A stretch of DNA of 19,760 nucleotides from Octopus sinensis. Taxonomy: Eukaryota. The stretch is taken from the NCBI RefSeq assembly GCF_006345805.1, contig NW_021824247.1:1-19760 (forward strand). Direction: 5' to 3'. The translations under genes and the position numbers were made by a program. Under the pieces are notes generated by a model. It was not told where the DNA came from and made no database searches. It saw only the letters and a list, made by a program, of their open reading frames with translations. Each line of letters begins with the position of its first letter. Positions within the stretch are counted from its first letter, which is position 1. Below are positions 11,820 to 19,760 of the stretch, in pieces.

Positions 11820-13030
11820 CTAAGAGGTTCATTTATGATAAACGTTTCTTGTCACGTGTTCAGTCTTTCGAGATTACCTCTTCCTCACTCTTGTTTCTTT
11901 TGGCGCTCGGGTCACTTGCTGCAGATATTAAAAACATTGAAGGTTATAGACGCAGGAGTGGCTATGTGGTCAGTAGCTTGCTTACGAACCACATGGTTCC
12001 GGGTTCAGTCCCACTGTGTGGCACCTTGGGAAAGTATCTTCTACTATAGCCTCGGGTCGACCAAAGCCTTGTGAGTGGATCTGGTAGACGGAAACTGAAA
12101 GAAGCCCGTCGTATATATGTATACATATGTATGTATGTGTATGTATGTTTTTGTGTCTGTGTTTGTCTCCCTAGCATTGCTTCACAATCGATGTTGGTGT
12201 GTTTACGTCCCCGTAATTTAGCGGCTCGGCAAAAGACACCGATAGAATAAGTAGGAGGCTTACAAAGAATAAGGTCCTGGGATCGATTTGCTCGACTAAA
12301 GGCGGTGCTCCAGCATGGCCGCAGTCAAATGACTGAAACAAGTAAAAGAGTAAAAGGATAAAGAGTTATGTCGCTGGAATTAGGACACAGTGAGAGCCGT
12401 GTCTGATTTCGCGGACGACGTCTTTGTCGCAGTGTGGGTAACTTGAGAAAATCGAGGTGGTCAACCGCAGGAAATTAAAGAAACACAAGTGTAAGTTTAG
12501 TCGGTGAACTTGCACTCCTTCGAGACGCAAGTCCATACCAGCATCAGTTCTGTCGTGGGACTAATGGTTTTCCTCAGACTGGATATTTAGTGTACAGAAA
12601 AAAAGGTAAGTGTTTTTGAGCAGGATAGTTAATTTTACTCAGAAATGTGTTCAGAATATGCTGTCTCTAAAAGATCGAGCGGAGGTGTCTAACGTTCACG
12701 ACTCTTAAGTATGTACTACCGACCAATTTGCGCATGATTTTTCGCTTCTTTTGGAAATGTCGGACACATATGTACCCGCTGAAGATGAACAGCCAGGTGG
12801 TGAGGCTGACCTGAACTAGCATGACGGCGGTTAATGACGTGGCCTCCGTTCACACGTTTGTAGCTCTGTAGCAGCTCGTCTCTTTGCCCAAGCCACTGTC
12901 ATGAGTCAAACACAGACTGAAGTTGAGGTTGGACATTTGGCATTTGGAATGCTTTCAGGAGGTCACTGGATTCTACTTGTAAGACAATGTGGTCGAAAGG
13001 TCATCCTTCGCATTCTATATTCAGTCTAAC
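11820..13030 (+). mobile_element. Old, decayed Tx1-family ORF2 fragment (RT to C-terminal region), interrupted by SINE A
   Basis: SSLLFLLAL, LLQILKTLK, VSDFADDVFVAV (FADD 12408-12419), ttttcgcttcttttggaa and gcagctcgtctct are colinear with about 3445-4370 of the intact-length copy. Boundaries approximate. Confidence 0.75.
11948..12364 (+). mobile_element. tRNA-derived SINE family A, full length
   Basis: A box (tggctatgtgg), B box (ggttcagtcc), CORE-like accttgggaaagt, internal (TA/TG) tract, tail ...gcagtcaaatgactgaaacaagtaaaagag. Possible 5-bp TSD GTTAT at 11943-11947 and 12365-12369. Confidence 0.9.
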
Positions 13031-13148
13031 ACAAGCATCTGAGAAGACTAAATTCGCATCCTCCCTCCTTTCCATCAGTACATGATAACACTTCCAATCA
13101 GTTGAGAGCAAAAGCCATGGGAGCCTCTGCCTGGTACTGCATCACGGC

Positions 13149-13149
<1 letters not shown>

Positions 13150-13204
<55 letters not shown>

Positions 13205-13218
13205 TTATTATTATTTTT

Positions 13219-13310
<92 letters not shown>

Positions 13311-13319
13311 CATTCTTTT

Positions 13320-13354
<35 letters not shown>

Positions 13355-13483
13355 TAATAATAATTATTATTATTATATTATCATTATCATTATTATATTA
13401 TATTATTATTATTATTATATTTTTATTATTATTATTATTATTATTATATTATTATTATTATTCTTTTTATTATTATTATTATA

Positions 13484-13526
<43 letters not shown>

Positions 13527-13560
13527 TATTATTATTTCATATATATTTCATATATATTTC
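13150..13560. repeat. Compound (ATT)n microsatellite with an internal inverted (AAT)n segment
   Basis: (ATT/ATC)n to 13320, (ATA)n at 13321-13363, then (ATT)n again. Confidence 0.97.
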
Positions 13561-13589
13561 ACTTCGTGTATGAAGTAAACAATCCTATG

Positions 13590-14198
13590 TACGTGGGTGA
13601 AAAAAGCTTTCAACCTGTTACTAAAAAAAAAGCAGATATGACGCTATTATCATTATGATACTGGTTTACCAGCCAGGTATTTGTTTACGTATTGAGAACA
13701 GGTGTTGAGTAGAATATAGAGGGTGATCACACTATTTTAAAGCCACAATCACGCGCAACAGCCATTGAAACCAATGGCATGTGTACTGGAGCAGAAGAAG
13801 CAAGACACCTTTCATTAATTTTTTTTAACGTTTAGTCTTGTAACTGCAAGTTGGGATAGTACTCTACATTGCTGACGTAGCTCTCTTCAAGATAGCCAAT
13901 AAACATAATAGTTTTTGCATGCCGGAAAGCTGAGGCCATGACCCTCCCTGCAGATGAAACGACCTTCTTTGGAATAGGTTAGGAGGATGGTTTCCACAGC
14001 ATGGATTGTAGTTTTGTCACTGGCTCAAAGTGATGAGGCCAACACTGATCCTGAATTAAAAAATGTTCAAGGAAATCAACTGGATCTGCCTCAAGCAATA
14101 CCATATTTTAAAGTGATGTGCTCAACCTGGTGCGCTTCTGAGCAGGAGTCTGAAGACGTGGCACCCACTGAGCAGAAACCTTCGGCATACCAAATTAA
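13590..14198 (-). pseudogene. mariner-type transposase remnant
   Basis: Minus strand reads FGMPKVSAQWVPRLQTPAQKRTR...EPVTKLQSMLWK...SSAGRVMASAF...GYLEES...YY...DHPLYS. These match mariner WVPxxL, SAGKVMASVFWD and HPPYS motifs. Stops and deletions are present; no TIRs found. Confidence 0.85.
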
Positions 14199-14789
14199 CC
14201 CAATACCTACGCGCATGCCGCTTCTTAAATATTACTCCTTAAACACGACAAAATTGTTATATTATCAAAGTTGAACTTTAGGGATCGTGGTTAAGGATAT
14301 GTGATGCGTAATTGAAACAAAACAATAAATAATTGCACCAAAATAATCCATGTCAATGCAATTGCGAATAAAAAGGAAACTTTTAAAAGAAACTTAGAAT
14401 AATTCTAGAATAATTCTCTCTGTTGTTAGTTTTATTGTTTAACTCCATGTCAGTCCTGACCCAGAAGATTTATCAACGAAGACTCTCACTAAATATATTG
14501 TACTAGCTTTATCTTGCCTAAGGTATCGAATATGTTCTACCATTAATCAATCGAACTGTGATTTGATGGATATTTAGCTGCTATTTCTTGCAGGGTAAAT
14601 TAGTGGTTTTGCTATTACGTTTTCAGTATAAGCAGTACTTATCCTACGTCGTCATAATACAAAAGAATCACAAATGTCTTGGAGGGCATTTAGTAAATGT
14701 AGCCAAGATGTTCCGCTGGTCTGTTGAGTTATCTTTATTTGCATTAGTTTGTATAATGTTGATTGTGCTTATTCCTGGAAACATGTAAA

Positions 14790-15091
14790 GGGGTAAAGAC
14801 CCCCTTCGGTCATGAATGACCATGGGATTGCACCTAGAAAGTTACCCTCCTAGACACAAGTCCAGGCAAGGTTGTTTTATGGAAGACCAGCAGTCGCCCA
14901 TGCATACCAGCCTCCCCTCTCTACGCCACCAGTGTTATCCAAGGGAAAGACAAAGGTCGATACAGCTTGGCACCAGTGACGTCGCAACTCATTTCTACAG
15001 CTGAGTGAACTGGAGCAACGTGAAATAAAGTGCCTTGCTCAAGAACACAACACGCAGCCCGGTCCGGGATTCGAGCTCACAACCTCACGAT
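14790..15091 (-). mobile_element. SINE family B, young copy lacking the first ~35 nt of the head
   Basis: 5 substitutions and 1 indel relative to 15968-16267. Confidence 0.93.
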
Positions 15092-15202
15092 ATGTTATTA
15101 TTTTCCAATCTGAAATTAATAACCCTTCATGATGAAGATTACGGTCAATGTTGTTGGAGAGCATAAAGATTCAATTTGCAGCTGAGAAAAAAATTACCTG
15201 AC

Positions 15203-15845
15203 ATGAAGAACTGGAAGCCATCGAAATATTGGAAAAGTGTTAACTGTATCATGACGATTCACGCCGCCGGGTAACAAAATGCCGACATCATGACCGCTGT
15301 TCAGTGCTCTGTGAACACTGTAAAGCGGTAAGAGGTAACATGGATAAATGCAAAGGAGTCTCTGCCGCCGTGGCCAGGTAGAAGTGACCCTGCAAACGTT
15401 CTGACTGCACCCGCACGCGTGTATATGTTCAACATTACATGAACAGTGACTTAAGCACAATTCAGGAGGGTATATAATACTGAGGACTGTGCTGAAACTC
15501 CGACTGGGTAGGTTTGCTGCCGGAAGGCTACATCTGTGTCTGCAGAATGCCCCAGTACCATACCTCCGGAAAGAACCAGAAGTAGTTTTCGGTGAATTTC
15601 TGCGACTTCAGCCTCCACAGTTTCTCGTCTCCTAATTACCCGATTCTAATTCCAAGAATTAATATGTGTGAGGCGTAGCTGAGAGGGACATCAACCACAT
15701 TTCCTGCAACACCAAGGCTAAGATGGTGGCTAATATCAAGTGGGGGTTCGAAAATCTCCCCAGCTACACGGAGGAATGGATGCGCCAGGTTCCGGAGTCC
15801 TCACGAGGCTATAGTGGAAGGTGAGAGCAGCTCCTTTACTTACAC
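15203..15845 (+). pseudogene. Internally deleted Tc1/mariner-superfamily transposase remnant (SPDLNP type, possibly maT-like)
   Basis: N-terminal HTH-like ADIMTAVQCSVNTVK. Across frames: AAGRL...QN-AP...TSGKNQK*FSVNF...PNYPDSN...YV*GVAERDIN...CNTKAKM...CARFRS..EAIV. Subfamily assignment is weak. Confidence 0.75.
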
Positions 15846-15966
15846 TAAACTGTTATCTCCAAACCATTATCTATTATTTTATTTGTTTTTAACATAAATT
15901 TTTTGTGATGGTTTATTCTATTTTCTTGTCCTTTTATATAAAATATACGGTGTATATATATATATA

Positions 15967-16307
15967 AGGGTAAAGACCCCCTTCGGTCATGAATGACCAT
16001 GGGATTGCACCTAGAAAGTTACCCTCCTAGACACAAGTCTGGGCAAGGTTGTTTATGGAAGACCAGCAGTCGCCCATGCATACCAGCCTCCCCTCTCCAC
16101 GCCACCAGTGTTATCCAAGGGAAAGACAAAGGTCGATACAGCTTGGCACCAGTGACGTCGCAACTCATTTCTATAGCTGAGTGAACTGGAGCAACGTGAA
16201 ATAAAGTGCCTTGCTCGAGAACACAACACGCAGCCCGGTCCGGGATTCGAGCTCACAACCTCACGATCGTAAGCTCGACGCTCTAACCACTGAGCCATGC
16301 GCCTTCA
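15967..16307 (-). mobile_element. SINE family B, full-length young copy embedded in (TA)n
   Basis: Reverse complement tgaaggcgcatggctcagtggttagagcg...gagctcgaatcccgg (A and B boxes), CORE/V-like body, tail ...gggggtctttaccc. (TA)n on both sides. Confidence 0.95.
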
Positions 16308-16358
16308 CTATATATATATATCTATATATATATATTATATATATATAATATATATATA

Positions 16359-16410
<52 letters not shown>

Positions 16411-16620
16411 TTATTTATATATATATATAATACATATATATGTATATACATAATATATATGTACACATATATATATATATATATACGTACATATATATAT
16501 ATATTATATATATATATACATGTACATACGTATATATACATATACATACATCTATATATACATATACATACACCCCACCACATATATATATGTATATATG
16601 TGTATGTATTTACAATATAT
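16308..16620. repeat. (TA)n/(TACA)n microsatellite
   Basis: Direct reading. Confidence 0.95.
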
Positions 16621-16839
16621 TTGGGAATAACAAGTCTTTCAGGTTATCAGGACGTTTACTATTTTATACGTTTCTAATGAAATGCAAAAAGAATATTTTA
16701 TAATATTCTCATTACAAATTTGGGATATTTACCAATAGATAAGCTACTCCTATCTCAGATAAAACTGAAGAACTCAGTTTTGTGCAAGATACCTACCTCT
16801 ATACACTTTATATGCATGTGCCTGTGTGTGTATACCTAT

Positions 16840-16965
16840 ATTGTTATATCTATATATGTGTGCGTGTGTATGTGTATCCACCTATATATGTTTCTGTCTT
16901 ACCTTCTCTCTCTTCCACTCTCTCTCTTTCTCTCTCTCTCTGTATATATATATATATATATATAA
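16840..16965. repeat. (TG)-(CT)-(TA) compound microsatellite
   Basis: Direct reading. Confidence 0.8.
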
Positions 16966-17049
16966 ATAAGGATAAGGTCGTTAATTTAAAACAAAATAAC
17001 GATTTTATCAATTGGCTAGCATGATAAAAATAACGTTCAAAGGTAATAA

Positions 17050-17198
17050 TTATTAAAATTATATATTAGGGTATTTACGAGATACCACCATGCACCGTGT
17101 TGCGATGTGGACAATTAAGGTGGTTTTAGAGTCAGATCATGGCTGCTATTTTCAGCATGGTGGTATCTCGTAGATACCCTAATTTATAATTCTAATAA
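17050..17198. mobile_element. Foldback / MITE-like element with 44-bp inverted arms
   Basis: 17050-17093 versus the reverse complement of 17155-17198: 41/44 identical, 61-bp spacer. Confidence 0.7.
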
Positions 17199-17225
17199 AT
17201 AAATTAATATATACATACACACATA

Positions 17226-17256
<31 letters not shown>

Positions 17257-17321
17257 ATATGTATACACAACCATGCCTACATAACGCATTGGGTTTGTTT
17301 GGACTGTAGAATAATGCTTAC

Positions 17322-17476
17322 GTTGATGATGCAAATATTGCGTAACTTTCGAAACTGTGGCAATTAGTTCCGACATCCTTCTTTTTCTCTTCTTTGGAAA
17401 GGTCAAACGCAACCAGTTGCAGACTAATAGACGTGTTTTCTTTAGTTTCACAATGTAATTCTTCCTCCTTAAAGCT
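17322..17476 (-). CDS. Candidate coding exon of an unknown host gene (speculative)
   Basis: ttcattgtAG acceptor, open frame SFKEEELHCETKENTSISLQLVAFDLSKEEKKKDVGTNCHSFESYAIFASS, GTAAGC donor. Phase-compatible with 17669-17828. Confidence 0.2.
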
Positions 17477-17668
17477 CTACAATGAACTCAACTGCTAAAA
17501 TACATTCTAAAATACAAGAGCGTGGTTGTTACTTGTTTTGTTGCCTTTCGTTTTCTGCTTTTTGAATAAATATTTTGAATATTTTGCTGCAATTTTTTTC
17601 TGTAAAAAACAAAAAACAAAAGAAGTTGTTTTCATTCCTAAATTTCCAAGACTGAAGTAAATGCTTAC

Positions 17669-17828
17669 CGACAGAAAAATCAATTCATTTTGATAAAATG
17701 CATTTCTAACTTTCCTCTTTACATTAGACAATTTTCTGGCGTCTTCAATCTTGCCATTTTTTTTTTGTCCAATTCTAACCATTGTCAGCTCACTTACGTC
17801 ACATTTTCGATTCGTTTCTGTCACATTC
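17669..17828 (-). CDS. Candidate coding exon of an unknown host gene (speculative)
   Basis: tttgtcAG acceptor, open frame NVTETNRKCDVSELTMVRIGQKKNGKIEDARKLSNVKRKVRNAFYQNELIFLS, GTAAGC donor. No recognised homology. Confidence 0.2.
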
Positions 17829-17967
17829 CTGACAAATTAATTCTTCTCCAGCCTTCCTCCTTTCACTGTACCAAGCAAACACAATGCTTTCTAGTCTATG
17901 TTCCAGTTCTTGGCGTTATATGTTCGAATTCTAACGACACCTAATTTATCTTTCATTATTTGTGGGA

Positions 17968-18035
17968 AGATAAAATAAATACCAGCTGAACGCTGAGACG
18001 ATGTACTCGACTAAAGCCTCCCTCTAAAATTGATG
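17968..18035 (+). mobile_element. Decayed 3' part of a SINE C-like element
   Basis: gataaaataaataccagctgaacgctgagacgatgtactcgactaaagcctccctctaaaattg resembles the module seen in 8487-8706 and 18731-18965. Confidence 0.45.
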
Positions 18036-18042
18036 ACCCTAT

Positions 18043-18050
18043 ATTACTAT

Positions 18051-18099
<49 letters not shown>

Positions 18100-18111
18100 G
18101 CTACTACTACT
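18043..18111. repeat. (ACT)n / (TAG)n microsatellite at the 3' end of the R4-like element
   Basis: Direct reading. ATT-containing units occur at the distal end. Confidence 0.95.
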
Positions 18112-18524
18112 GAAAAATGTCAGTTGCCCACAGCTACCAGACTAAAATGACACTTGTTTACTGGTCATACTTCAAGAACTCTGCGGAGCTCCAAACCATT
18201 GCAGCACCAAGCAATGCTTATTTTTATTGGTGTCCAATCATTACATGTGTACCAATCTTTTTCAGCCATTTTTGTAATTGAGTGCTGATACTTCTAATTG
18301 CACCAATTACTATTGGTATCACGTCTACTCTCCTCCTTGACCACCAGCCTTCGTATTTCCCACTTAAAATTGTCGTATTTGTTCAGTTTTTCTTCTTTTT
18401 CTTTGGTCTTGCTATGTAATTTATCATGCATGTTCTTTCATTTTTATTCACCCCAACGATATCTGGTTTCCGATGTCTGGTCACGTGATCAAACTGAATC
18501 ATTGCATCCCAAACAATTTTGCAA

Positions 18525-19167
18525 TGTAGGCCGTGATTTCCACAGAGCTCCCAATCGGTCATTTTTTTCCCACATTGTCATGCCGTCTTTAGTATTCGCG
18601 TTGTGCCAATGTCTGACATTCGCTAAAGATGTGCCATACCGTTCCACTCTCTCCCGCTACGCATTCTGAATGTGTCGCTCTTGGCAGTGTTGTCGATTCT
18701 CAGTGTCACCTTCTGTGGTTTACTCATACCTATTTCTTTACTACCCACAAGGGGCTAAACGCAGAGAGGACAAACAAGGACAGACAAACGGATTAAGTCG
18801 ATTATATCGACCCAAATGCGTAACTGGTACTAATTTAATCGACCCCGAAAAGATGAAAGGCAAAGTCGACCTCGGCGGAATTTGAACTCAGAACGTAGTA
18901 GCAGGCGAAATACCGCTACGCATTTCGCCCGGCGTGCTAACGTTTCTGCCAGCTCGCCGCCTTAGGGTTTACTCATACCATTGACTTGCTCTTTGTAGGC
19001 CGTGATTTCCACAGAGCTCCCAATCGGTCATTTTTTTCCACATTGTCATGCCGTCTTTAGTATTCGCGTTGTGCAAATTTCTGACATTCGCTAAAGATGT
19101 GCCATACCGTTCCACTCTTCCCGCTACGCATTCTGAATTTGTCGCTCTTGGCAGTGTTGTCGATTCT
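18525..19167. repeat. ~175-bp direct duplication inside the R4-like element (18525-18700 and 18994-19167)
   Basis: 3 substitutions and 2 single-base indels between the copies. Confidence 0.95.
18731..18965 (-). mobile_element. tRNA-derived SINE family C, full length, with Tx1-like 3' tail
   Basis: A box (agctggcagaaacg), B box (gagttcaaattcc), core gaggtcgactttgcctttcatc. Perfect 14-bp TSD GGTTTACTCATACC at 18717-18730 and 18966-18979. Confidence 0.92.
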
Positions 19168-19519
19168 TTACTTCACATAGTTAGTCCTGAACGCTTGTTC
19201 TTGTGCTGTGCACAGAAATGCTTCTTTCACTTTCTTCAGGTCCTCCTCCTCATCCACAACCACCGGCCTTCTTTATCTGTCTTGGTGTTCCTATTTCTTG
19301 CAAACTGACCATACATTTTTCCCCTTCCATGATGTCGCTTTTTTGTGTTCTGTTCCTCTTTAAGATTTTTCTTTCTTTACACAATTATCAGTTTTAGTGC
19401 CGCCAGACAACCTGACTTGTTTCAACAATGATTCCACGGTATATCTTAAATATCACCTTAAACTGTTTCCCTTTGTTTCAATAGAATTCTGGCAACAGAT
19501 CAAGTCTGAGCGAAGTACA

Positions 19520-19760
19520 ATATGTGACAGAATTCCTTTAGTGATTAACTGGCACCGAAATTTCGCTGGCATTTCAAAAGTGTCATATGAAAGTTACCAG
19601 CTTGTTCTGGAAAAAATATCCTCGTTTCAAGCAAATATTTCCTCAGCTGCCTATTGTAGCCTTTAGACGGAATAAAAATATAAGAGAATAATTGACCTCT
19701 GTTTCTAACTCCAAGAAAACGAACATTGGAGTATCTGCAAGCTGTACTTTGAAAAATGGC
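19520..19760 (+). mobile_element. Penelope-like element remnant (RT to GIY-YIG linker)
   Basis: DRIPLVINWHRNFAGISKV.../KYPRFKQIFPQLPIVAFRRNKNIRE*LTS matches the PLE linker pattern IPxVxxYH...IFPxxPxVAFRRxxNLxDxL. One frameshift near 19616 and a stop at 19689. Confidence 0.72.

Larger units (their letters stand above)
18112..19512 (-). mobile_element. 5'-truncated R4/Dong-like non-LTR retrotransposon (restriction-like endonuclease type), decayed
   Basis: Minus strand, across frameshifts: NSLR*YLRYTVESLLKQV, MYGQF, AQEQAFRTNYVK, decayed CCHC (FRMRSG..TVWHIFSEC), EY*RRHDNV, WELCG, CKIVWD, RKPDIV (PD motif, 18458-18472), KYDNFKWEIRRL, VDVIPIVIGA, LRRVLEV* (stop 18165-18167). 3' UTR of about 53 nt. 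Confidence 0.9.

Noticed and set aside
14816-15004. Recurrent small ORF MTMGLHLESYPP... (also 15993-16184 and related 11167-11475)
   Set aside because: Antisense reading of SINE-B copies; the recurrence reflects the repeat, and frames differ between copies.
16240-16303. tRNA-like sequences (also 10761-10825, 11949-12015, 18880-18965)
   Set aside because: They are SINE heads continuous with multi-copy bodies and TSDs, not tRNA genes.
14790-16307. Composite transposon (SINE-transposase-SINE)
   Set aside because: SINEs are not cut-and-paste ends, there is no TSD around the unit, and the transposase is dead.

Overview
Eukaryotic, repeat-saturated non-coding DNA. It is probably cephalopod (octopus); that assignment is my inference from recalled SINE families and the microsatellite load. 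No intact cellular gene is evident. Positions 1-5290 hold a near-full-length, recently inactivated Tx1-type (L1 group) non-LTR retrotransposon (ORF1 with CCHC knuckle; ORF2 with APE endonuclease, RT and C-terminal Zn finger) that ends without poly(A) in a (TATC)n array. The rest is a mosaic of three tRNA-derived SINE families, an RTE 3' fragment, an older Tx1 fragment, an R4/Dong-like RLE element, a Penelope-like remnant, two Tc1/mariner remnants, a probable hAT MITE, a 149-bp foldback and many microsatellites. Best observations: (1) a SINE at 18731-18965 has a 3' tail matching the 3' terminus of the Tx1 LINE (34/43 nt), suggesting a Tx1-LINE/SINE partnership; (2) a four-level nested insertion (57-bp minisatellite < hAT MITE < SINE < RTE) can be peeled apart by its target-site duplications; (3) three LINE clades each terminate in a different microsatellite.
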